In this document: piece after piece, positions 38,251 through 47,820 of the stretch | Numbering within the stretch: position 1 is the first letter of the stretch | Layout: each line of letters starts with the position of its first letter | IMG/VR virus record: IMGVR_UViG_3300008952_003529 | Reading direction: 5' to 3' (one strand) | Length of the DNA: 64,000 nucleotides | Source of the DNA: a virus | Translations under genes and position numbers: made by a program | Notes under the pieces: model-generated | Told to the model about the DNA's origin: nothing | What the model saw: the letters and a program-made list of their open reading frames with translations, nothing else | The model's database searches: none

Positions 38251-39057
38251 ATGGCAATTGATTTTGAAGCACTTCGTAAGAAGCTAGGCCAGCTTTCTGG
38301 CACCAACTCTCGCCGCGATAAGATGTGGCGACCTCAAGAAGGGGAAGAAGCTATTGTTCGGATGCTAGCATTCGATACTGAGGATGGGCTTCCCTTTTCA
38401 GAACGATGGTTCTATTATAACATCGGAAATAATCCAGGTCTCTTGGCCCCCTATCAATTTGGCAATCCTGACCCGATTCAGGAGCTGATTACCACTCTTC
38501 GTGATGAAGGAACAAAGGAGTCCTATGAGCTCTGCAAGAAGCTTTACCCAAAGCCTCGCTACTATGCTCCTGTTATTGTTCGTGGTGAGGAAGACAAGGG
38601 TGTTCGTCTTTGGGCTTTCGGGAAGACAGTGTATCAGTCACTTCTCAACATTATGCTTGATGAAGACTATGGCGACATCACTGATCCCTCAAACGGTCGA
38701 GATGTAAAGGTTATCTGCACCAAGCAGCCCGGACGTCTTTACGCCTCAACAGAAGTTCGACCTCGAGGTAAGCAGTCTAAGCTGGCTTCTTCGACCAAGC
38801 AAGCCAAGGAATGGCTAGACTCTTTGCCCAACCTTGACGATCTTTACGAAGCGAAGTCTTACGACCAGCTTTCAAAGATTGTTAATGACTGGTTGAGTGG
38901 GGATGATGCTGAAACCCAAAACTCAGAAGGTACCTCGCGTGGGTTTTCCAACGCTCAGGGCTCCAATACTACCACAGCCGGTGATAGCAACGAGCTCACG
39001 TCGAAGTTCAAGAGTTTGGATGATGCATTCGCTGATTTGGAAGATGACGGTTTTTAG
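38251..39057 (+). CDS. ssb: Single-stranded DNA-binding protein (T4 gp32-like)
   Basis: MAIDFEALRKKL start, KLYPKPRYYAPVIVRGEE, VRLWAFGKTVY, YGDITDP..GRD and an acidic tail FADLEDDGF. Confidence 0.88.
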   Translation: MAIDFEALRKKLGQLSGTNSRRDKMWRPQEGEEAIVRMLAFDTEDGLPFSERWFYYNIGNNPGLLAPYQFGNPDPIQELITTLRDEGTKESYELCKKLYPKPRYYAPVIVRGEEDKGVRLWAFGKTVYQSLLNIMLDEDYGDITDPSNGRDVKVICTKQPGRLYASTEVRPRGKQSKLASSTKQAKEWLDSLPNLDDLYEAKSYDQLSKIVNDWLSGDDAETQNSEGTSRGFSNAQGSNTTTAGDSNELTSKFKSLDDAFADLEDDGF

Positions 39058-39083
39058 TCTCTAAAAAATAAGCGAATATCTCC

Positions 39084-39119
39084 GAGGGACCGAATCTCTG
39101 ATTCGGTCCCTCTTTTTTT
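39084..39119 (+). terminator. Rho-independent terminator after ssb
   Basis: Perfect 13-bp stem GAGGGACCGAATC-TCT-GATTCGGTCCCTC followed by T7. Confidence 0.93.
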
Positions 39120-39146
39120 GAAAACATGCTGAGAAGATGTTATAAT
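39118..39146 (+). promoter_or_regulatory. sigma70-type promoter for the uvsX-exonuclease-helicase-RNR operon
   Basis: TTGAAA, 17-nt spacer, TATAAT with an extended -10 TG; the -35 box overlaps the U-tract of the upstream terminator. Confidence 0.8.
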
Positions 39147-39165
39147 CTTTCAACGGGGAAATTTA

Positions 39166-40362
39166 ATGGCAAAGAAGAAAGACAAGAAAGAAACAGAAGA
39201 TTTTACCAGCGACTTAATCAAATCGCTGAATAAAGAGCACGGCACCAGGGTCGCATATAATTTGTCTCAAGATGAATCTCCTACTCACGTCAAACGGTGG
39301 GTGAGCACTGGCTCTGCACAATTAGATTATATTATTTCAAATAGATCGAATGGTGGTTTACCAGAGGGACGTATCGTAGAGATTTTTGGTCCTCCGTCCA
39401 TTGGAAAATCCCATATTGCTATTCAAATTGCTCGATCCACCCAAGAAATGGGGGGTATCGTAGTTTATATTGACACCGAGAATGCTACATCAGTAGAAAA
39501 TCTAGCTTTGCTTGGGGTCAACATTAGTAAGAGGTTTGTTTACGTCGATACACATTGTACTGAAGAAGTACTTTCCATTGCTGAGTCGACGATTATGAAG
39601 GCTAGAGCAATGGAAAAAGATGTACCAATCACTATCATTTGGGATTCTGTTGCTGCATCATCTCCCAAGGCAGAGTTGACCGGAACGTATGAGCAGAATT
39701 CGATCGGACTACAGGCTCGAGCCATTTCAAAGGGAATGCGAAAAATTACAGGGGTTATAGGTCAAACTAATACACTCTTTGTAATTCTTAATCAGACTCG
39801 AACAAAAATTGGTGTTATGTACGGTGACCCCACAACCACACCTGGCGGTAAAGCTATTCCATTCCATTCGTCGGTTCGCATTAAGCTCGGAGCTGGCCAG
39901 AAAATTGAAAATAAGGAAAAAGAAGTTATCGGTATCCACGTATCTGCAAAGACAATCAAGAATAAAGTGGCTGCCCCTTTTCGGACATGCAAATTTGAAA
40001 TTCATTTTGGAAAAGGCATCCGCGAACATGAACAAGTTTTTGATGAATTACGTAAATTCGGAGCGGGAATTATTGATGGCAAAGAGGTGTGTATTAAGGG
40101 TTCGTCAGCTTGGAAAAATTTGACTGTTACTGACACTAGCACAGGCGAAATTTTATTAGAGAAGAAATTCTATAAGGCTGACTTTAGAGATGTCTGGCAA
40201 GACCCTCAATATAAAGAATACATTGATGCTTTGCTAGAGCTCTGTATGATTCGAAAGTTAGAAGATCCCAATGAAGCACATCTAGATACCGAGGCTTACG
40301 AAGAGGTAAGAGCGGCTGCAATGGAGATTAATCTTGATGACATTCCTGATTTAGATGCATAA
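39166..40362 (+). CDS. uvsX: RecA/UvsX recombinase
   Basis: VSTGSAQLD, GRIVEIFGPPSIGKSH (Walker A), YIDTEN, IIWDSVA, ILNQTR and TTPGGKAIPFHSSVRI. Confidence 0.95.
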   Translation: MAKKKDKKETEDFTSDLIKSLNKEHGTRVAYNLSQDESPTHVKRWVSTGSAQLDYIISNRSNGGLPEGRIVEIFGPPSIGKSHIAIQIARSTQEMGGIVVYIDTENATSVENLALLGVNISKRFVYVDTHCTEEVLSIAESTIMKARAMEKDVPITIIWDSVAASSPKAELTGTYEQNSIGLQARAISKGMRKITGVIGQTNTLFVILNQTRTKIGVMYGDPTTTPGGKAIPFHSSVRIKLGAGQKIENKEKEVIGIHVSAKTIKNKVAAPFRTCKFEIHFGKGIREHEQVFDELRKFGAGIIDGKEVCIKGSSAWKNLTVTDTSTGEILLEKKFYKADFRDVWQDPQYKEYIDALLELCMIRKLEDPNEAHLDTEAYEEVRAAAMEINLDDIPDLDA

Positions 40363-41305
40363 ACGACCGATACTCATTATTGATGGTCTAAATTGTTTTT
40401 TTAGACATTTCGTTGCGAACCCATCATTAAGCGATAACGGCGATCCGGTTGGGGGTGTTGTTGGTTTCTTGAAAGGTCTACAGCTTTTGCTGGAGAGGTA
40501 CAACCCTGATCGGGTTATTGTTGTTTGGGAGGGTGGTGGTTCACCTCGCCGTCGGTCGATCGACCCTAATTATAAGATGGGCCGCCGGCCTGAAAGATTA
40601 AATCGTTTCTATTCAGATGACATTCCAGATACCGTCTCTAATCGAAATGAGCAGTTAGCAAAGCTTGTAAAAACGTTACGGTACACTCCTGTTTTGCAAT
40701 TTTATGTTTCTGATTGCGAGGCAGATGATATAATCGCAAGATTAGTGAACGTAAATTTTAAGGATGAAGACTGTATAATCGTCTCCACCGATAAGGACTT
40801 GTATCAATTGGTCTCTGAAAAAATAAAGCAATGGTCCCCAGGGCAAAAAGCTGAGCTCAGCACTAGCGTTATTTTAGAGAAATTTGGTATTCATCCAATT
40901 AATTTTTGTGTAGCTCGTTGCTTCATTGGTGACGGATCTGACGGGTTAAAAGGCATCCCTGGAGCGGGGTTTAAAGCTATGGCAAAACGTTTTCCTGAAC
41001 TTAAATCTTCTTCATTTGTGAGTGTCGAAGATATACTTACATTATGTCGCGAACGGCAAGAACAAAAGAGGTTAAAGCTTTATGATAATATCATGTCAGG
41101 AGAAGAAGTTGTTAAGAAAAATTGGAAACTTATGTATCTTGGAGATGGTAACCTTTCAGCCTCGCACGTTCAAAAAGTAGATGGTATTGTTGAAGCAGCA
41201 ACACCCCGAAAAGACAAGCTAGGGTTTATGCGCTGCTTAATACAGCTTTGCATCAAAAACTTCGACACAGATAAGCTCTTTATGACTTTCAAAGCGTTAA
41301 ATTAA
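40355..41305 (+). CDS. 5'-3' exonuclease / T4 RNase H-like flap nuclease
   Basis: LIIDGLN, VVWEGG, CEADDIIA, IVSTDKDLYQL and GDGSDGLKGIPGAG. Confidence 0.92.
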   Translation: MHKRPILIIDGLNCFFRHFVANPSLSDNGDPVGGVVGFLKGLQLLLERYNPDRVIVVWEGGGSPRRRSIDPNYKMGRRPERLNRFYSDDIPDTVSNRNEQLAKLVKTLRYTPVLQFYVSDCEADDIIARLVNVNFKDEDCIIVSTDKDLYQLVSEKIKQWSPGQKAELSTSVILEKFGIHPINFCVARCFIGDGSDGLKGIPGAGFKAMAKRFPELKSSSFVSVEDILTLCRERQEQKRLKLYDNIMSGEEVVKKNWKLMYLGDGNLSASHVQKVDGIVEAATPRKDKLGFMRCLIQLCIKNFDTDKLFMTFKALN

Positions 41306-41316
41306 AAAGGAACATC

Positions 41317-42720
41317 ATGGCATCCACTATTGCATTATTAGATTCGGTTCCATCCGGCCAATTTTCACAGTATAACAAAAATTTTCAAGAAAAGATTTTG
41401 CAGGGCTTGTTATCTGACAAAACTTGGGCAATGCAGATGGTAGAAGTTATGCGCTCAGATTTTTTTGAACTTCGATATCTTGAATATCTTTGTGAAAAAT
41501 ACTTTACGTACTTTGCTGAGTACCGCTGCTTCCCAACACAGGTTTTGCTCATTAGTATTATTAAGGATGCCCTAAGCGAAGACGGTGATATTTTGCTCAG
41601 AGATCAAATAGTATCATATTTGATAAGAATGAAAGAAAACCCGAGCCCAAATGATCTGGCGTACGTTAAGGCTAAGGCGCTAGATTTTTGTAAAAGACAG
41701 GCCTTTAAAGAAGCCCTTGAAGAATCAGTTAATTTGATCACCACCGGTGAATTTGAGCATGTTATTACTCTAATGAAGAACGCTGTTTCGATTGGGATGC
41801 CCAATACTGCTGGTCACGATTTTTTTGAAGATATGGAAGCGAGATTTTTGAAAATCCAGCGTTGCGTTTGCCCAACAGGCTTAGCAGAATTGGATTCGAG
41901 AGAAATTTTAAATGGTGGCCTGGGACGAGGTGAAATTGGCGTCGTTGTTGCCAACACTGGTGTCGGAAAATCTCATTGGCTTGTGGCAATGGGAGCGAAC
42001 GCAATGAGGAATGGAAAAAATGTTCTTCACTACACTTTTGAGTTGACAGAGCAGGCTGTTGGATTGAGATATGATGCCAATCTGTGTAATATATCAGCGT
42101 CTGATGTAATTGACCATAAGAAGACTGTTCAAGACTACTATGGGAAAAATGAAGGATTTGGCCGATTGATGATCAAAGAGTATCCAACAGGTTCCGCATC
42201 TGTGGTGTCTATTAGGAACCATATCGAGAAATTAGCTTTTCGTAATTTCAAGCCAAGCGTCATAATCGTAGATTACGCAGATATTATGCGCTCCACCAAG
42301 TCATATGACTCTTTACGACACGAATTAAAGCTAATTTATGAGGAGCTAAGAAATTTGGCCATGGAGCTTAATATTCCTATATGGACTGCATCACAAGCAA
42401 ATAGGGATTCTGCAAATTCTGATATTGTTGGGCTTGAGAACATGTCAGAAGCATATGGGAAAGCCATGGTTGCAGATTTTGTAGTGTCGATTTCCAGAAA
42501 GGCAACCGAAAAAGCCACCGGTGCCGGCCGGCTATTTATTGCAAAAAATCGTGCAGGGAAGGACGGGATCGTTTTTCCTATTCACATTGACACAGCTACA
42601 TCTAAGATTAGCGTATTGGACGAAGATGTTTCTACACTTTCAGAAACAATCGAAAATGATGAGAAAGAAATGAAGTCTGCGCTTAGAAAAAAATGGAAGT
42701 CAATTTCAGGTATCGCTTAG
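41317..42720 (+). CDS. Replicative DNA helicase (DnaB / T4 gp41-like)
   Basis: GGLGRGEIGVVVANTGVGKS (Walker A), YTFEL, IIVDYADIM, IWTASQANR and IAKNRAG. Confidence 0.94.
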   Translation: MASTIALLDSVPSGQFSQYNKNFQEKILQGLLSDKTWAMQMVEVMRSDFFELRYLEYLCEKYFTYFAEYRCFPTQVLLISIIKDALSEDGDILLRDQIVSYLIRMKENPSPNDLAYVKAKALDFCKRQAFKEALEESVNLITTGEFEHVITLMKNAVSIGMPNTAGHDFFEDMEARFLKIQRCVCPTGLAELDSREILNGGLGRGEIGVVVANTGVGKSHWLVAMGANAMRNGKNVLHYTFELTEQAVGLRYDANLCNISASDVIDHKKTVQDYYGKNEGFGRLMIKEYPTGSASVVSIRNHIEKLAFRNFKPSVIIVDYADIMRSTKSYDSLRHELKLIYEELRNLAMELNIPIWTASQANRDSANSDIVGLENMSEAYGKAMVADFVVSISRKATEKATGAGRLFIAKNRAGKDGIVFPIHIDTATSKISVLDEDVSTLSETIENDEKEMKSALRKKWKSISGIA

Positions 42721-42731
42721 GGAGTTCCGGT

Positions 42732-45239
42732 ATGACATATGACTATAAAACGGCGGTCGAAAAATCGCTGGCTTATTTTGGTGGTGATGAGTTAGCTGCT
42801 AATGTCGTTGTAACGAAATATCTTTTGATGAATAAAGATGGTGAGTATCTTGAAGCCACACCTAACGATATGCACCGTCGTCTCGCAAAAGAATTTCACC
42901 GGATTGAAGCGAAATATGAGAACCCACTAACTGAAGAAGAAATATTTGATTTGTTGAAGGGATTTAAGAAGATAATCCCCCAAGGCTCTCCCATGGCTGG
43001 AATTGGTAACAATACCAAATTACAGTCTATCTCGAATTGTTTTGTCATTCCAGCGCCCGAAGACAGTTATGGGGGAATTCTTTCAACAGACCAAAGACTC
43101 GTTCAGATTGCCAAGCGCCGCGGCGGTGTTGGTTTTGATATAAGCACAATTCGACCAAAGGGCCTTTCTACTGCTAACGCTGCAAAGACTACCGACGGAA
43201 TTGAGGTCTTCATGGATCGCTTTTCTAATTCGTGTCGAGAGGTTGCGCAAGGTGGCCGCCGCGGCGCATTGATGCTTACGATATCTGTTCATCATCCTCA
43301 AATTCGTGACTTTATAAAAATCAAGAAAGACCTTAAAAGAGTGACAGGTGCGAATATTTCTATTCGTGTAACTGATGAGTTTATGGAAGCAGTTCAATCA
43401 AGCTCAAATGTACATTTACGTTGGCCTGTAGAGAGCAAAGAGTGCACGATATCAGAGTACGTTGACGCAAAAACGCTTTGGCATGAAATTATAGAGTCAG
43501 CTCATGCCACCGCTGAACCCGGATTGTTGTTTTGGGATACGGCAAAAAAGATGACTCCTTCTGATATTTACGCTAACGAAGGTTTTTCATCGTGCTCCAC
43601 AAACCCTTGCGGCGAGATTATTTTGTCTCCTCATGACAGCTGCAGATTGATGCTTGTGAACTTGACAAGCTTCGTAAAGAAAAAGTGGAAGTCTAATGCA
43701 AAATTTGACTTCGCTTCATTCGGCAAAGTGGTTCAAAAAGCTCAACGCTTAATGGACGACATGATCGATATTGAGATTGAGCAAGTTGAAAAGATTCTTA
43801 AGAAGATTGAGGCCGATCCAGAGTCTGGCGAGGTAAAGCAAATCGAGAAAGACTTGTGGACAAATATCCAGACGATGGCTGTTCTAGGGCGTAGAACTGG
43901 CCTTGGAATCACGGGACTTGGTGATACTTTAGCAATGCTGGGTGTACAATATGGTAGCAAAAAAAGCATCAAGCTCACTGAAGAAATATATCGAGCGCTA
44001 GCGGTTAATGCGTACTATTCATCTGCTGTCTTGGCAAAAGAACGCGGTGCGTTTCCTGCGCACGATCACGCCAAAGAGGATGGTCATCCATTTTTAGAGA
44101 GAATTTGGAAAGAAAATCCAGAAATTAAGGAAATGAATAAGGAATTTGGTCGCCGAAATATTTCAATAACTACGACGGCCCCAGCCGGATCAGTTTCTGT
44201 ACTGACACAAACAACTTCCGGTATCGAGCCAGCTTATATGCTACACTATACACGTCGTAAAAAAATTACAGGTCAAGACGAGGCTGCTAGTGTGGATTTT
44301 GTTGATGATAGTGGCGATAAGTGGCAAGAATATACAGTTTATCATCATGGATTTAGAGAGTGGATAGAACATTCGGCATTTCGCAGCGATGATGATCCTG
44401 AAGAGATGGTCGAACTGAGTCCGTATAAGTGTTCAACAGCCTCAGAAATTGATTGGGTTGCAAAAGTGAGAATGCAGGCAGCTGCTCAAAAATGGGTATG
44501 TCATGCAATCTCTAATACGACAAATCTTCCCGCAGATATAGACATTGAGACCGTTAAAGATGTTTATATGACTGGTTGGGAGCTAGGGTGCAAGGGTATC
44601 ACTGTATATCGTGATGGTTCACGAACTGGTGTTTTGGTCGCGAAAACAGAGGAAGAAGTTGACCCCCGGGAAAGTGAAAAGATCATCATAAAATCAGCTC
44701 CCAGAAGACCTGAAATATTAGACTGTGATATTCACCAGGCAAACATTAAGGGTGAGGCCTGGACGTTACTAGTGGGGTTAATGGACGGTGTTCCCTACGA
44801 AATTATTGGTGGTCTTGCGGAATATGTGGAAATTCCACGACGCTATATCACTGGTCAAATTCGGCGTCGCCCTCGTAAGTCAATGCCTTCGAAATATGAT
44901 TTAATTTTTGGGCAGAATGGTGACGAGATGACCATCAAGGACATTGTTAAGGTTTTTGATAACCCCAACCATTCGGCATTTACAAGGACAATTTCGTTAG
45001 CATTACGCCATGGCGTCCCGACCCAGTATTTGGTGGAGCAATTATTAAAAGATAAAGATGCGGATTTATTTTGTTTTTCAAAAGTCATTGCACGGTGCTT
45101 GAAGAAATATATCGCAGATGGTACAAGGGCTAGCAATGGCGTACTTGAGTGTGATTGTGAAACACCAGAAGACTGTAATGTTGTTTATCAAGAGGGCTGT
45201 GCGACATGCTTGACATGCGGCATGGCGAAGTGCGGATAG
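42732..45239 (+). CDS. nrdJ: Ribonucleotide reductase, class II (adenosylcobalamin-dependent, NrdJ-like)
   Basis: ISNCFV, RRGGVG, RRGALM, ANISI, thiyl-radical motif TNPCGEI, SCRL, TTAPAGSVS, ISNTTN, C-terminal EGCATCLTCGMAKC; no NrdB in the window. Start set to the ATG at 42732 after GGAG. Confidence 0.85.
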   Translation: MTYDYKTAVEKSLAYFGGDELAANVVVTKYLLMNKDGEYLEATPNDMHRRLAKEFHRIEAKYENPLTEEEIFDLLKGFKKIIPQGSPMAGIGNNTKLQSISNCFVIPAPEDSYGGILSTDQRLVQIAKRRGGVGFDISTIRPKGLSTANAAKTTDGIEVFMDRFSNSCREVAQGGRRGALMLTISVHHPQIRDFIKIKKDLKRVTGANISIRVTDEFMEAVQSSSNVHLRWPVESKECTISEYVDAKTLWHEIIESAHATAEPGLLFWDTAKKMTPSDIYANEGFSSCSTNPCGEIILSPHDSCRLMLVNLTSFVKKKWKSNAKFDFASFGKVVQKAQRLMDDMIDIEIEQVEKILKKIEADPESGEVKQIEKDLWTNIQTMAVLGRRTGLGITGLGDTLAMLGVQYGSKKSIKLTEEIYRALAVNAYYSSAVLAKERGAFPAHDHAKEDGHPFLERIWKENPEIKEMNKEFGRRNISITTTAPAGSVSVLTQTTSGIEPAYMLHYTRRKKITGQDEAASVDFVDDSGDKWQEYTVYHHGFREWIEHSAFRSDDDPEEMVELSPYKCSTASEIDWVAKVRMQAAAQKWVCHAISNTTNLPADIDIETVKDVYMTGWELGCKGITVYRDGSRTGVLVAKTEEEVDPRESEKIIIKSAPRRPEILDCDIHQANIKGEAWTLLVGLMDGVPYEIIGGLAEYVEIPRRYITGQIRRRPRKSMPSKYDLIFGQNGDEMTIKDIVKVFDNPNHSAFTRTISLALRHGVPTQYLVEQLLKDKDADLFCFSKVIARCLKKYIADGTRASNGVLECDCETPEDCNVVYQEGCATCLTCGMAKCG

Positions 45240-45243
45240 TGAT

Positions 45244-45639
45244 ATGAGTTATTCAGGTAAAGTTATAGACCATTTTGAGAACCCAAAAAATGTAGGAAGC
45301 TTCGATCAGGATGACCCTAGTGTTGGTACTGGGATTGTAGGCGCTCCAGCTTGCGGTGATGTAATGAAGCTTCAACTTAAAATTAGCGACACCGGCATTA
45401 TCGAGGATGCCAAATTTAAAACTTTTGGTTGCGGTTCTGCAATTGCATCCACCTCGTTAATAACTGTATGGGTCAAAGGAAAAACGCTGGAAGAAGCCTC
45501 AGAGATAAAAAATACTGATGTTGCAAAAGAGCTTTGTTTACCACCAGTAAAGATCCACTGCTCTGTGTTGGCAGAAGACGCGATTAAAGCTGCAATAGAA
45601 GACTATAGGAGAAGAAGTGCACTGGACATCAAAAATTGA
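45244..45639 (+). CDS. iscU: Fe-S cluster scaffold IscU
   Basis: DHFENPKNVG, GAPACGDVMKL, FGCGSAIAS and LPPVKIHC: three Cys ligands plus the LPPVK HscA-binding motif. Confidence 0.96.
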   Translation: MSYSGKVIDHFENPKNVGSFDQDDPSVGTGIVGAPACGDVMKLQLKISDTGIIEDAKFKTFGCGSAIASTSLITVWVKGKTLEEASEIKNTDVAKELCLPPVKIHCSVLAEDAIKAAIEDYRRRSALDIKN

Positions 45640-46219
45640 TAATAAAATTGAAAAAGTTGAGCTAAGAAAAAGCCCGGTCATTGTAAGAGTTAATAAATTT
45701 GACGAAGAATCAGCAAAAAAGTTTAACGATGAAATGGCTTTAGCACATAACACTGGACAAGATGTGATTCCAGTTGTTATTGATTCGTACGGAGGACAAG
45801 TTTACAGTTTGATGGCGATGATAAGCGCAATAAAGAATGCTGAAATACCCGTCGCTACGATCGTCGAAGGAAAAGCGATGTCCTGTGGTGCGATTCTTTT
45901 TTCATTCGGTGAAGAGGGTCGCCGTTTTATGGACCCCAATGCAACAGTGATGATTCATGATGTGTCGTCAATGGACATGGGGAAAGTAGAAGAATTAAAG
46001 GCTGGCGCAAAAGAAGCAGATCGTCTAAACGGTATTGTATACAAGATGATGGCTCAAAATTGTGGCAAGAAAGACGATTATTTTATGAAGATTGTCGACA
46101 AGAAGAAACACGCAGACTGGTTTCTGGATGCTAAAGAAGCAAAGAAGCATGGGCTTGCAAATCACCTCCGTGTTCCAAAGCTTTCTATAACGGTCGAAGT
46201 TAATATCGAGATGGAGTAA
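45617..46219 (+). CDS. clpP: ClpP-like serine protease
   Basis: IDSYGGQV, catalytic Ser in KAMSCGA, His in VMIHDVS, and WFLDAKEAKKHGL. Confidence 0.85.
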   Translation: MHWTSKIDNKIEKVELRKSPVIVRVNKFDEESAKKFNDEMALAHNTGQDVIPVVIDSYGGQVYSLMAMISAIKNAEIPVATIVEGKAMSCGAILFSFGEEGRRFMDPNATVMIHDVSSMDMGKVEELKAGAKEADRLNGIVYKMMAQNCGKKDDYFMKIVDKKKHADWFLDAKEAKKHGLANHLRVPKLSITVEVNIEME

Positions 46220-46223
46220 GGAA

Positions 46224-47183
46224 GTGGATAAAGACTTTTATAATAAATCTAGCTCTGATAGTCTGGGGTGGGAACCGTCTTGGTTCGGGTGTGAAGAGTT
46301 TAATAACGATCTAGTAAAAGCCGTCAAGGAGTGGCAGAAATCATACGGTTTAACAGCGGATGGTCTTGTTGGCCCAATGACGTATAGAAGGCTCTGGACC
46401 GAAAGGGAGACGAACATTACTGATTGGATGGATGCGTTACCATTAAAACGAACCTATCGAGATGGAGACAAGCACATCGTCCACAACGGGCACTTTATTC
46501 CCATAGAGTGGGACAAAGTAATTTTGTGGGATGAGTCTGATGGGTTCAAATCAAAAGACGGGTGCTACACAAGCTATGCCGGAAAGCCCGATCGTAAACC
46601 AACGATGTTTGTCAACCATTGGGACGTATGTCTCAGCGCAGAATCGTGCGCAAAGGTTTTGAATAAGCGTGGAATATCAGTACACTTTCTTATTGATAAT
46701 GACGGTACCATTTTTCAGATGCTAGATACGCAGCATAAGGCATGGCATGCTGGAATTCCTCGCTACGAAGGTGGGAACTCAAAGGGAATTGGCGTCGAAA
46801 TTTCTAATGCATATTACTTGAAATATCAAGACTGGTATACTAAACAGGGTCTAGGGAAAAGACCGGTTCAAGAACATGGTTATGTGCATGGAAGAACATT
46901 ACCTCCGTTTACAGACTTTTATCCTGTCCAACTTGAGGCCCTTAAGGCTCTTTGGAAAGCGATACACACTGGAATTGGAATACCCTTAGATTATCCTAAG
47001 AATGTAGAAGGTCACATCGAAACAGGGGTGCACAAAGAGTGTGAGCGAGGAAAATTTCACGGTTTTTGTAACCATTATAATTTCACTCGCGGAAAGATAG
47101 ATTGTGCCGGATTAGATTTACCGAAACTGCTACAAGATGTTGCTGCTTCTCCTGCTTATTGTATCGATAAAGAACGAGGATAA
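46224..47183 (+). CDS. Endolysin: peptidoglycan-binding domain plus N-acetylmuramoyl-L-alanine amidase
   Basis: AVKEWQKSYGLTADGLVGPMT (PG-binding); VNHWD, SVHFLIDNDGTIFQ, AWHAG, GIGVEISN and NHYNF..KIDC (Amidase_2-type). Confidence 0.85.
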   Translation: MDKDFYNKSSSDSLGWEPSWFGCEEFNNDLVKAVKEWQKSYGLTADGLVGPMTYRRLWTERETNITDWMDALPLKRTYRDGDKHIVHNGHFIPIEWDKVILWDESDGFKSKDGCYTSYAGKPDRKPTMFVNHWDVCLSAESCAKVLNKRGISVHFLIDNDGTIFQMLDTQHKAWHAGIPRYEGGNSKGIGVEISNAYYLKYQDWYTKQGLGKRPVQEHGYVHGRTLPPFTDFYPVQLEALKALWKAIHTGIGIPLDYPKNVEGHIETGVHKECERGKFHGFCNHYNFTRGKIDCAGLDLPKLLQDVAASPAYCIDKERG

Positions 47184-47187
47184 GATA

Positions 47188-47751
47188 ATGCCAGCATGTG
47201 ATGGAAAGCTTTTTAAAAAATTTAAGCGGGGCTCCGCTTTTGTTGAGACAGGGGCATATCTTGGCGAGGGCGTGCAAGCTGCACTAAGGGCTGGGTTTGA
47301 TAAAATCTGGACCGTTGAATTATCTGAGTCGCAGTACAAACATGTAGCCAAGAAATTTTGCGATAATGAAAAAGTTGTATGTTTATTTGGAGACTCGAGA
47401 GACCTTCTTGGGGAGATGCTGTTAAAGTGTAGAGACATGGACCCACTGATTTGGCTTGATGCACATGGCGGTCAATCAAACACGGGGGATATTACAATGC
47501 AAGATATGATTCCGCTTGAGTGTGGTATTATCAATAATGTGATGGAAAAACGAAGTTTTACGATTTTAATCGATGATTTCGGCTACAGTAACGACAAGAC
47601 TCTCCTAGAAGAAAATTGGATTGTTAAAGAAGTAAGAAGAATCTGGCCTGATGCTATTATTACTAGGGAAGACGGTTGCGGCGATCATCGCGGGGGATAC
47701 CGGACTATGCCCGGTTTTGTCTTAGCAGTGCGTGTGGAAAATAAAATCTAG
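47188..47751 (+). CDS. Class I SAM-dependent methyltransferase-like protein
   Basis: FVETGAYLGEG (motif I-like), IWTVEL, GDSRDLL, IWLDAH and ILIDD. Start set to the ATG at 47188 after GAGGA. Confidence 0.6.
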   Translation: MPACDGKLFKKFKRGSAFVETGAYLGEGVQAALRAGFDKIWTVELSESQYKHVAKKFCDNEKVVCLFGDSRDLLGEMLLKCRDMDPLIWLDAHGGQSNTGDITMQDMIPLECGIINNVMEKRSFTILIDDFGYSNDKTLLEENWIVKEVRRIWPDAIITREDGCGDHRGGYRTMPGFVLAVRVENKI

Positions 47752-47820
47752 TGATTCAACGATTTACTGAGTGATGGAGTAGCGTAGTATTATTGCGTAT
47801 ATTCTGCTATAGGAGAAAAC

